Both the position numbers and the translations under genes were made by a program. A stretch of 64,000 nucleotides of DNA. Origin: a virus. The stretch covers positions 1-64,000 of IMG/VR virus record IMGVR_UViG_3300048587_001155; one strand, 5' to 3'. Position 1 is the stretch's first letter. Every line of letters starts with the position of its first letter. The notes under the pieces were generated by a model. That model searched no databases. It worked only from the letters and a program-made list of their open reading frames with translations, and was not told the origin of the DNA. Shown here in pieces: positions 1 through 9,185 of the stretch.

Positions 1-255
1 GTGGCTCATTTAAAACTTGGCCCGGACGATATTCTCGATCGTTCTGGCCTGAAGGGTCTTGATCTCAAGGATTCGACGATCAGTCGTGAGATTCGAGAAG
101 GCCGCCTAAAATCCTACCGTCGCGCCGGGAAAGACTACTTCCTGGGTTCTGATCTTCTCGATTGGATCAAGGGCGGTAAGCGTCCTGATCCAGTCGCCAA
201 AGCGAAGTCATCCCGCATCGTCGATATGTACGGCGAGGGCGACGACGATGCCTAA
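1..255 (+). CDS. Excisionase/AlpA-like HTH DNA-binding protein (start may lie upstream of window)
   Basis: STISREIREGRLKSYRRAGKDYFLGSDLLDWI fits the HTH_17/Xis pattern; overlaps the start of the next gene. Confidence 0.6.
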   Translation: MAHLKLGPDDILDRSGLKGLDLKDSTISREIREGRLKSYRRAGKDYFLGSDLLDWIKGGKRPDPVAKAKSSRIVDMYGEGDDDA

Positions 256-2203
256 GCTTCTCACCTTCAAGAGTAAGTGCCAAATCAAAGCATCGTCCGA
301 CGGGAAGCCGCCGCGGATCTCCATCGTCGCCTACAACGGTGGGTTGATAAAGGTGGGCGGATGGGGCCCGCTCGTAACTGATGTTGCCGGCCTTTCAATG
401 AACGCCTCAATCCCGATCCTCATCGATCACAATTCTTCTGTCGATGGGATCGCTGGCCAGGGCGTTGCGACAATCAAAGATGGACGGGTTTTCGTTTCTG
501 GAAACCTCGTTCCGGGCACAGACGGTGCGGACAAAATTACCAAGCTTTCGCGCGCCGGTCACCAATTCCAAGCAAGCATCGGTGTTGAGCCGAGTAGTTA
601 CCGATTCATCAAGGCAGGCGAATCGATCAACGTCAACAATCGCCAAATCAAAGCCGGCAAGGGTGGTTTTATCCTTGTCGAAAAGGGAACACTTCGCGAG
701 GTGAGCGTCGTCGCATTGGGTGCCGACGGTTCCACAAGCGTAACGATTGCCGCCAGGATGGCGAAGAAAAAGGGCAACAGCATGGAGTTTAACGCATTCC
801 TCGAATCGTGCGGTCTACAGGCTTCGGATCTTACCCCGGCGCTAATGACGCGATATCAGGAAATCCACAGTCAGATTGAGGCATCAGGCGACAACGACGT
901 CGACGACGACATTGACAACGAGCTTGTGCAGGCTCGCGAAAGTGCTCGAATCGCCGGAGTCACGAAGATTGCTGAGAAGCACCCGATCATTGCTGCTCGG
1001 GCGGTAGAGGAAGGATGGAATATGAAGCGAACAGAGCTCGAGGTTTTGCGCGCGAGCCGTCCGAAACCTCCAATCGTCCGAGGTTCGAACCATGACGCAG
1101 CCAACACGCCAGACATCCTTGCCGCTGGCTTCCTCATGAAAATGGGTCGTGAGTCGCTCGCCGAAAAGACATTCGGTGAAGCGGTCGCACAACGAGCGCG
1201 TGACCTTCGCGCGAATCACTGCCTTGACCTAGTGAAGGCATCTTTCGAGTTGAACGGCCGAAATGTGCCGCACAACGCGAACGAGATGGTTCACGCCTCT
1301 TTCGGTGCCTCAGGTATTGATTTGCCGGTGGCTCTGGGCAATGTTGCCAACAAGGTTTTGCTCGAAGCCTACAACCTCGCGCCGTCATTCTGGAGGCAAT
1401 TCTGTCGGGTCGGAAGCGTACCTAATTTCAAGCCGGCATCAATGATTGCCCCAAGCTTTCTGGGAAAGCCTGCCAATCTGGGTCACCATGGGGAGTTTGA
1501 GTCTGGACAAGTCAGTGAAGCAGTCGTCACAGGGAGTATTAACACCTACGGCATGGCTCTATCAGTCAGCCGGAGGAACATTATCGACGATGACCTATCG
1601 CTGTTCGATCAGACCGCTTCGGCCCTTGGAAAATCTGCGATGGGTGGGCTCTCTGATCTGGTTATCCAAACGTTGCTTTCGTCGAGTGGATTCTTTACCA
1701 CTGGCAACAAGAATTACATGAGCGGAGCTAGCACCGCACTAGACATTTCGCCTTTGTCCAGTGCTATTACGATGATGAGAAAGCAGCGTGACGCCGACGG
1801 CAGAGATTTAGATATTCAGCCGACGACGTTGCTTGTTACTCCGACATTTGAATTTACGGCACGATCCTGTTTATCTCAGACTCTGGTTGTGTCAGGTAAC
1901 ACAGATGTCACGAAGGGTGCTTCAAACCCGCTCGCAGGGTCTATCAAAAATGTCTCTGTCGAGAGCCGTCTTGAAAACCCGAACTTCACCGGCAACTCAT
2001 CCAATGCTTGGTACCTCTTTGGGCCGGCTGAAGCTGCCGCAATGCACGTATTGTTTCTGAATGGGCAGCAGAGCCCAACCGTCGAGTTCTTTGGGCTTGA
2101 GAGTAACCCCACGAAGCTTGCTCTGATGTGGCGTGTGTACTTCGACTATGGCGCTTGCATGGGTGACTTTCGTGCGGCCGTGAAGTCGAAGGGCGAAGCT
2201 TAA
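248..2203 (+). CDS. Prohead protease-major capsid protein fusion (Mu gpT-like C-terminal capsid domain)
   Basis: N-terminal PILIDH...FQASIG...LREVSVVALGAD prohead-protease motifs; C-terminal YGMALSVSRRNIIDDDL, WYLF...FLNGQQSP, VYFDYG capsid motifs. Confidence 0.85.
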   Translation: MPKLLTFKSKCQIKASSDGKPPRISIVAYNGGLIKVGGWGPLVTDVAGLSMNASIPILIDHNSSVDGIAGQGVATIKDGRVFVSGNLVPGTDGADKITKLSRAGHQFQASIGVEPSSYRFIKAGESINVNNRQIKAGKGGFILVEKGTLREVSVVALGADGSTSVTIAARMAKKKGNSMEFNAFLESCGLQASDLTPALMTRYQEIHSQIEASGDNDVDDDIDNELVQARESARIAGVTKIAEKHPIIAARAVEEGWNMKRTELEVLRASRPKPPIVRGSNHDAANTPDILAAGFLMKMGRESLAEKTFGEAVAQRARDLRANHCLDLVKASFELNGRNVPHNANEMVHASFGASGIDLPVALGNVANKVLLEAYNLAPSFWRQFCRVGSVPNFKPASMIAPSFLGKPANLGHHGEFESGQVSEAVVTGSINTYGMALSVSRRNIIDDDLSLFDQTASALGKSAMGGLSDLVIQTLLSSSGFFTTGNKNYMSGASTALDISPLSSAITMMRKQRDADGRDLDIQPTTLLVTPTFEFTARSCLSQTLVVSGNTDVTKGASNPLAGSIKNVSVESRLENPNFTGNSSNAWYLFGPAEAAAMHVLFLNGQQSPTVEFFGLESNPTKLALMWRVYFDYGACMGDFRAAVKSKGEA

Positions 2204-2212
2204 GTCCTCTTT

Positions 2213-2262
2213 GGGCACGCCGGGAGGGGTCACCTTTCCCCGCACGATGGCCCGGCGTGCCC
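2213..2262. repeat. 12-bp perfect inverted repeat (hairpin) after the capsid gene
   Basis: GGGCACGCCGGG (2213-2224) ... CCCGGCGTGCCC (2251-2262). Confidence 0.7.
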
Positions 2263-2332
2263 ATGCTTCTCATTACCTGAAATTCAAAACCCAGTGAATG
2301 GACTCGCTACCGGTACGCGCAGAGGTTGTGCC

Positions 2333-2569
2333 ATGAATCAGCGATTGATCAACAGTCTCCTAGACGTGTTCTGTTTTCTTCATCCTATTTGGCGGAGTGA
2401 GGTTCACCTTTCCGCCGACGGTCGGTACTCAGCGATTTCACGATCGGCCTTGGTCGCCTTTCTTAACTGGAGTTGCGAAATCGGTGTCTCGCAAACCGAC
2501 GTCGCAGGCCAACACCTTCGGCACGTCCTTGACAACGTTGCTGAGGACGCGGTTATTCCGATCGCCTGA
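2333..2569 (+). CDS. Hypothetical protein
   Basis: ATG preceded by AGAGG; co-oriented with neighbouring genes. Confidence 0.45.
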   Translation: MNQRLINSLLDVFCFLHPIWRSEVHLSADGRYSAISRSALVAFLNWSCEIGVSQTDVAGQHLRHVLDNVAEDAVIPIA

Positions 2570-2590
2570 GAACCTCGAAAGGGAAACGCC

Positions 2591-2917
2591 ATGCTTGACA
2601 CAATTCGCGACGACAGCGGCAAGCAATGGGCCGCTGATCAAGGCTGGCACGTTCGCGCCCGGAACGTTTCAGGCGGTTTCGCATTCTGGCTGAAGCCAGC
2701 AAGAGCGAAGTACCCAGCCAGCATCAGCGCCTATTCAATCGCCGATCGCGCATCACTCAGAGTGACAGTCTTTGACCAGCTTGGCGTTTTCCTCGACGAA
2801 TGGGACCTTGATCAACTGTTCGGGGTCTATCTGCGGAACGGCGAATGGAAGGCAGGATGCCTCAAGGGGCTTTTGGATCGAGCCCTTTTGATCAGCGAAT
2901 CGGAGGGGAAAGGGTGA
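2591..2917 (+). CDS. Hypothetical protein
   Basis: 108-aa ORF with RBS; stop overlaps the primase start (GTGA). Confidence 0.55.
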   Translation: MLDTIRDDSGKQWAADQGWHVRARNVSGGFAFWLKPARAKYPASISAYSIADRASLRVTVFDQLGVFLDEWDLDQLFGVYLRNGEWKAGCLKGLLDRALLISESEGKG

Positions 2918-5157
2918 TTGCATCGGCGATAGATCCGGCCTACCAAATCGTCCTGGAGAGGCTGAGCAACCTAACTCAGACCGATCTTCAGCAATGGACG
3001 TGCAGGTGTCCCGCGCACGAAGACTCGAAAAACTCGCTCGCAGTCTCGATCGGTAATAACGGCGGCATGTTGTTTCATTGCCATGCAGGGTGCCAAACCC
3101 TGAGCATCGTCAACGCCCTTCGTGATGCCAATCTTCGACCAAGCGACATTTTGTTTCCGCTGAATCGTCAGAAAGCGAAAGCGGATTCAGGATCGACGAA
3201 ATTCAATGTCATCGCGACCTATGACTACACTGATGAGCAAGGAAAGTTGCTCTTTCAGGTTTGCAGACTGGATCCCAAGGATTTCCGGCAGCGTCGACCC
3301 GATGGCAATGGATGGGTTTGGAGTATCAAGGGTGTCCGACAAGTCCTTTACCGTCTCCCGTCGATCCTCGCGGCCGATCCCTCAACTCCGATTTTTCTTT
3401 GCGAGGGCGAAAAGGACGTCGACAACGTCACCGCGGTGGGCTTGCTCGCGACTACGAATGCGGGCGGCGCGGCGAAATGGCTACCTGAGTTCAACGAGCA
3501 CTTTCGGGACCGGCACGTTGTCATTCTCCCTGATAACGACGAAGCTGGTGAGAAGCGTACCAAAAAACTCGTCGCCTCGATCCAGCCCATCGCGGCATCA
3601 GTCAAAATCCTGAATCTTTCCGGGCCGTCCATTAAGGACGTCAGCGACTGGCTTGCTGCCGGCGGAACGAAAGAGCAACTCATCGCCCTCGTTGATCAAT
3701 GCGAAGTATGCGAAGCAACCCCACCCAAAGAATACAAACCGAATGAAGCCGACGACGACCCTCACCGGCTCGCGCGATGCTTCGTTCAGAACTGTTATGA
3801 CCATGTGGACCATGCCCGACTTGTCCGCCATCGCGAAGAGTATCACGCATGGAGGGCAGCATCATTCTGCACTGTTGTTCGCGATGATCTGAGTTCCGAT
3901 CTCACAGAATCCATCAAGGACGAATTCGATCGACTGAACGTCTTGGAATTGCAACTTTCAGGCGATGGCGCGGAGAAACCAGAGGCCATGAGAGTTTCAA
4001 AACGACTGATCGGCGATACCCTGAATGCCCTGAACAGCATCATTGCCATTCCGAGCGATATTGAGCCACCCGCATGGCTTGGGGAGGGGCAGCCACCTTT
4101 CCCACTCGAGGAATGCATCTTCACTCAAAACGCGGTTGTACATCTTCCGAGCTACGTTATGGGCCTCAAGGATCATCGTTTCGCGCCGACGCCACTCGTC
4201 TTCAATACGTCGGCTCTCGGATGCGATTTTAACCCGGAAGCCTCACGGCCGGACAACTGGTTTTCTTTCCTCGATTCCATCTGGGGGGACGATGAGGAGT
4301 CAAAGCAGGCATTGCAAGAGTGGATGGGCTATTGCCTCACCAATGACACGAGGCACCAAAAGATCATGCTCGCTGTGGGCCCCAAGCGATCAGGAAAGGG
4401 AACCATCGCGAGGGTTATGACAGCCTTGCTTGGAAAGTCCAACGTTGCTGGGCCGACACTTTCAAGCCTTGCCACCAATTTTGGCCTGTCTCCTCTCATA
4501 GGCAAGCCGCTGGCGATTGTCAGTGACGCACGACTGTCTTCCCGGACCGATGCAGCGACAATCACCGAGCGTCTTCTTTCGATCTCAGGTGAGGACGCCA
4601 TCACTATTGATCGGAAATTCGCCACACCAGTCACCGTGCGGCTTCCTACCCGATTCATGATTCTCACGAACGAGATTCCGAGGCTTGGCGATGCCTCAGG
4701 CGCGCTCGCTTCCCGCTTCGTTATCCTCTCGATGACGAAATCTTGGCTGGGGGCAGAAGACAAGAGGCTTGAAAAGAAGTTGCTCGCTGAACTCTCAAGC
4801 ATCCTGCTTTGGGCAATCCAGGGGTGGGATAACCTCAACAGGCAAGAGCGATTTACCGAGCCGAAAAACTCTCAGCAGATTGTTGAGGAGATGGAAGATC
4901 TCGCAAGTCCAGTCGCAGCGTTCGTGCGGGATTGCTGCAACGTAGGACAAGGCCACAATGTCGCCACGACCGACCTCTACGACGCATGGAAGGACTACTG
5001 CGAGGAACACGGGAAATTGAAGGTGAGCGACGAACGTGTCTTTGGTCGCGACTTGAGAGCGACAACTCCAGAGATCAATAAGGAAAGAATCCGAATAGGT
5101 GGTCACCGCATGATCAGATATCTCGGCATCGGCCTGAGGAATGAGAATGAATACTGA
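2914..5157 (+). CDS. P4-family primase-helicase (Zn finger + TOPRIM + SF3/D5 helicase)
   Basis: CPAHED...HCHAGC zinc finger; EGEKD and DND TOPRIM motifs; GPKRSGKGT Walker A; GTG start at 2914 after GGAGG. Confidence 0.9.
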   Translation: MIASAIDPAYQIVLERLSNLTQTDLQQWTCRCPAHEDSKNSLAVSIGNNGGMLFHCHAGCQTLSIVNALRDANLRPSDILFPLNRQKAKADSGSTKFNVIATYDYTDEQGKLLFQVCRLDPKDFRQRRPDGNGWVWSIKGVRQVLYRLPSILAADPSTPIFLCEGEKDVDNVTAVGLLATTNAGGAAKWLPEFNEHFRDRHVVILPDNDEAGEKRTKKLVASIQPIAASVKILNLSGPSIKDVSDWLAAGGTKEQLIALVDQCEVCEATPPKEYKPNEADDDPHRLARCFVQNCYDHVDHARLVRHREEYHAWRAASFCTVVRDDLSSDLTESIKDEFDRLNVLELQLSGDGAEKPEAMRVSKRLIGDTLNALNSIIAIPSDIEPPAWLGEGQPPFPLEECIFTQNAVVHLPSYVMGLKDHRFAPTPLVFNTSALGCDFNPEASRPDNWFSFLDSIWGDDEESKQALQEWMGYCLTNDTRHQKIMLAVGPKRSGKGTIARVMTALLGKSNVAGPTLSSLATNFGLSPLIGKPLAIVSDARLSSRTDAATITERLLSISGEDAITIDRKFATPVTVRLPTRFMILTNEIPRLGDASGALASRFVILSMTKSWLGAEDKRLEKKLLAELSSILLWAIQGWDNLNRQERFTEPKNSQQIVEEMEDLASPVAAFVRDCCNVGQGHNVATTDLYDAWKDYCEEHGKLKVSDERVFGRDLRATTPEINKERIRIGGHRMIRYLGIGLRNENEY

Positions 5158-5168
5158 CTTGGAAGTAT

Positions 5169-5511
5169 ATGTGACCAATGTGGACAATGTGACCACGACC
5201 GGGCCTGTCCATATAAGTGGGCATATCTGTCCATATCAGTGTCCACATCAAATCCATGATAAAAACCTAGGTGGTCATATTGGTCATATCAAAAACTCAT
5301 TTACGCGGGTGTAGAGAGAAGAGGAAGGAAACAGGTATGTACATGCCCAATAATCGCTCTCTATATAGCGCACAATGGGGTGTTGATATGACCAATATGG
5401 ACAGCCAGAAATCAAATGCCCTAAGTCTATGTTGCTGCACACTATATGACTATTCATTGCAAGAGGTTATATATGGACACTGATGTGACCAGATGTGGCC
5501 ATATGTGGACA
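5169..5511. repeat. Iteron-like repeats, putative replication origin
   Basis: More than ten copies of ATRTG(G)AC-type motifs and their complements (GTCCATAT, GGTCATAT) in both orientations, in AT-richer non-coding DNA right after the primase. Confidence 0.65.
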
Positions 5512-5606
5512 GAGGGCTTTCGGGTCCTTCCCCCGGGCTATATTCGTTTCCCGATTTCGCCCGGAAAACTCGAAAAACCACACTTAGTTTGTTTAAGGTC
5601 GCGGCC

Positions 5607-5849
5607 ATGATTCGTGATTCGACGGAAAGGGCCCTAGCTGACACGCCTAGGCCACCGAAGATTAGGCCGATACCAAAACGCCTCTTGTGCAAGCAATGCC
5701 ACAGAGGGCGAATGCGGACGTCTGCCGCAAAAGGGAAGCAAGTTCGGCTCGGGCCGTACGAACGCCGGGCACAGCTAACGTGTGACCAATGTGGCTTCAC
5801 GTTTTTTGGTTCAGAGGAATTCGTCGGTGTGGAAGATCCGACGAGCTAA
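5607..5849 (+). CDS. Zn-ribbon protein, Ogr/Delta-like
   Basis: CKQC...CDQCGFTF...EEF resembles the Ogr/Delta zinc finger; lies just upstream of the tape-measure gene. Confidence 0.45.
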   Translation: MIRDSTERALADTPRPPKIRPIPKRLLCKQCHRGRMRTSAAKGKQVRLGPYERRAQLTCDQCGFTFFGSEEFVGVEDPTS

Positions 5850-5862
5850 GGAGAAATTTTCC

Positions 5863-8118
5863 ATGCCAAGTGCAGGGGATATTAAAGCGGGCAGCGCCTT
5901 TGTGGAACTCACCGCAAAAGACGCGTCACTTATGCAGGGCCTTGCGAGGGCTCAGGCTAGATTGAAAAACTTCGGGACCGCCGTCTCGATGATCGGAACC
6001 AAGATCACCGCGATTTCGGCGGCGGCATTTGCCCCGTTCGGCATCGCGGCGAAGATGTTCACTTCTACCGGGGATTCGCTGGACGACCTTTCGCAGAAAA
6101 CCTCGATTGGAGTCGGGTCTCTCTCGGCTTTGAAGTACGTCGCGGAACTCACGGGTAATTCGCTCGAAGATATGGCAAAGGGCCTGTTTAAGGCTCAAAA
6201 AGTGGTGTCGTCAGCATCCGGCGGGAACAAGGAAGCCGCAAAAACGCTGTCTGAACTGGGTCTCTCGGCGAAGCAATTGGAGAGTCTTTCGCCTGAGGAC
6301 TTGTTCACAACGCTGGTTGACTCCCTCTCGAAGATCGAAAATCCAACGAAGCGAGCCGCCGCATCGATGGAAGTATTCGGCAAGGGTGCCCAAAACATGG
6401 CGGAATTGATTTCCAAGGGCGGACCTGAAATCGCTCGACTGACCAATCAGGCCAAAGAGCTTGGGTTGATCATGTCGTCAGAGGATGCGGCGGCCGCGGC
6501 GGAATTCAAGGACGCGCTGTATGGTCTCACTCAGCAGGTAAGTTTTCTGATCGGCTCTGCTTTCGCTCCATGGCTGAAGGAGGTGACTACCGGCCTGATG
6601 CAATTAGCGTCTAACGTTTCAAATTTCATGAAACGGAACCGTGATCTTGTCACAGGCATCGTCAAAGTCATCGGCGTAGTGGCCGCTGTGGGCGCTGCAC
6701 TCGTCGTGGCAGGCACTTTGTTTACATCGATCGGCGCTGTGATCGGCGGCGTGATGGCGACAATAACGGCCGTGGGGGCGGCATTCGGAGTTGTGACGGC
6801 GGCCATTGGGGCGATCGTATCTCCCGTTGGAATTGCGGTCGCTGGGATTGTGGGCCTAGTCGGTTGGTTCACGACGTGCACGGATGCCGGAAAGTCGATG
6901 GTGTCAAGTCTGGTCGGAGCATTCACCGAGCTATCCAACGAGGCTGTCGCAAGCTTTGGGGCGATCACTGGTGCCATTCAGGCGGGCGATATTCAGTCCG
7001 CTTGGAAGGTGGTTACGACCTTCATCAACTTGGAGTGGACGAAACTCACATCATCACTTTTGACGACGTGGGCTACATGGAAAGGGTACTTCCTTGAAAT
7101 GTGGAATCAGGTGACTTCCGTTTTTGCACACACATGGGAGACCGCCATCAACGGTGTGGCGACATCATTCGTTGGTTTGTGGGGTGCTCTCCGGGTGGGA
7201 TGGACGGAGATCGTAGCATTCATGCAGAAGGGGTAGGTATTCATCAAAGCTGGCGTGACGAATATCGCCAATTCTTTCGCCAAGATATTCCTCAATGCCC
7301 TGGATTACTTCACGACATTTCTTCAGAAGGCGATTAAGGGACTCGAAGTACTTGGCATCGTGTCGAATGGAACTTCGGCATCGATCCGAAAGATGTTCGA
7401 CGATGCCCATAAACGCATTGATGATCGCGCAACTAGTCCGGAGAAAAGAGAGCGAGAGCTCGCTGATATCGAGATGGACCGTGCGAGGAAGAGGGCTGCA
7501 ATCGCCAAAACCTACAACGGCGTGATGGAAGGACTCGAGCAGCAGCACCAAAATCGCGTACTCGAAATCGACAAAGCTCAGGCCGCCGAAGAGGAGCGAA
7601 TCAAGTCGTCGACGAATAGCATCATTGCCGCCCAAGCCGCCAAGGTCGATGAGGCACGGCGAGCATGGGAAGGGGCGATAGACAAAGCGATCGAAGCAAA
7701 GCAAGTGATTGAGCATTTAGATTTACCGCTCCTTTCCCCTAATGTGTCGTCGACCCAGTCCGTTGAGCCCAACAAGAGGCAGCAACGCCAACTCGCCATG
7801 CTCAACAATGACTCATTGAGCGAAGGAAAGCGGGCGAGGATCGAGAGGAATTTGGGTCAACAGGGAATCAATGTTGCGGCGTACCGCGCCGCACAGAACG
7901 GGACCGACGGTGTCAGCGAAGCAATGAAGAATGTGACCTCGCGAGGCACGTTCAACCCGATGGCATTGCAAGCGTTGCAAGTTGGCGGCATGAGCGACGT
8001 TGCACAAAAGCAACTCGATGAGGCAAAGAAGACTCGGGAGGAGCAGAAGAAGCAAACCCAGTCGCTGAAGTCGATCGAGAATAACGTCAAGAGAAAGGGC
8101 TACATGACGTTCGCTTAG
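5863..8118 (+). pseudogene. Tail tape measure protein interrupted by an in-frame TAG at 7234-7236
   Basis: IKAGSAFVEL N-terminus, GDSLDDLSQKT and FGKG motifs, hydrophobic Gly/Ala stretch and Trp-periodic repeats. ORFs 5782..7236 and 7255..8118 share one frame separated by a single TAG. Confidence 0.75.
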
Positions 8119-8177
8119 GACTTGGCTGTCGGATTTTACTTGACCGATGATCGGCGAATGGCTAACGATGAAAGGCA

Positions 8178-8210
8178 GTTCGGGCCGGTGCGACTAACAC
8201 CGACCCGAAC
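8178..8210 (+). promoter_or_regulatory. Hairpin in intergenic leader (possible regulatory RNA element)
   Basis: GTTCGGGCCGGTG-CGACTAA-CACCGACCCGAAC stem-loop followed by CTAACCA. Confidence 0.35.
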
Positions 8211-8435
8211 CTAACCAGAACACCGAACCCCGAGAAGGTCGGCATCATGGCTGACGCCATTCATAGCGGCATTCTGCCCGTTCATCAATTCAAAGCCGTC
8301 CAACTTCTCGACATGGTTCAACGTGCGCTGGTTTTTCTCGCCATCGTCAGCGGTTGACGGGCGACAAAGGCAAGCGACCGACCCGCGAGCTACCACCTCT
8401 ACGGGCCGGTCTAACCACGAAGGAAGGACCCCCTC

Positions 8436-8882
8436 ATGGCTAGGAAGAAAGCTACCAAACCAACTTCATTCGGTGAAGTCTTCGACCTCGGATTGTTCAA
8501 AGAGATCGGCTTCCCGCTGGCATTTCCCATTATGCCACTCGGTGCATTTGTATGGGCCTCGGCTCCATGGGTGTTTGATCAATCGAGTGTCTATGGCATT
8601 CAAAATCGGAAAATCACGCGCACAGGCTCTGATAACGTGACGCACGAAGTTGCGACACTTGCAAATCACCTTGAACATTACTGTCTCTGTATCGAGCCAG
8701 ATCCCTGTGTGCCTTGGAATACGGAAAGTCTCAGGGGTGACTTCGTTGGAAGCCCACGGGCTATTGAACTGTTTAGGGGCTATCAGCGTCAACTCGCTTG
8801 TCTTGATGAGACGATGACCGAGGTGAGACTCCGCGCCACAAAGTCAATTGGGGCGGAAGGCAAACTTATCCTTTTCACCTGA
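8436..8882 (+). CDS. Hypothetical protein
   Basis: 148-aa ORF with AAGGA RBS. Confidence 0.55.
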   Translation: MARKKATKPTSFGEVFDLGLFKEIGFPLAFPIMPLGAFVWASAPWVFDQSSVYGIQNRKITRTGSDNVTHEVATLANHLEHYCLCIEPDPCVPWNTESLRGDFVGSPRAIELFRGYQRQLACLDETMTEVRLRATKSIGAEGKLILFT

Positions 8883-8928
8883 TCAGCATGACTTGATTCA
8901 TCACCACAACCATGAAGGAACACGCATC

Positions 8929-9132
8929 ATGTTGATCATCAAACGAAAGTCAGGCGAATCTCTTTTCCTCATGCTCGGGGACGGTCGCGAGATCGTGATA
9001 CATCTTCAGATTCCGCGCGATCGGTCGCTAGCAAAGCTGGCAATCGAGGCGCCTCCAAGCGTCAGAGTGTGGAGAGATGAAGCCCTCGATGATATCCGGG
9101 CACGTAGTCAAAGAGACGAAGCACTGGCCTAA
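8929..9132 (+). CDS. csrA: CsrA/RsmA-family carbon storage regulator
   Basis: MLIIKRKSGESL...KLAIEAPPSVRVWRDE is the CsrA signature. Confidence 0.8.
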   Translation: MLIIKRKSGESLFLMLGDGREIVIHLQIPRDRSLAKLAIEAPPSVRVWRDEALDDIRARSQRDEALA

Positions 9133-9185
9133 GTAGGCCTCACCAACCCCGGGCATGGATGCCGCCCAATTCAGGATCGGCAGCG

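Noticed and set aside
5169-5511. CRISPR array, or the ORFs 5271..5483 and the 5' part of 5493..5849
   Set aside because: The repeats are 7-8-mers in both orientations, which fits iterons; the ORFs look incidental.
7234-7236. Genome-wide amber recoding
   Set aside because: Other genes end normally at TAG (e.g. 8118, 19399, 20105) and long ORFs are otherwise uninterrupted.
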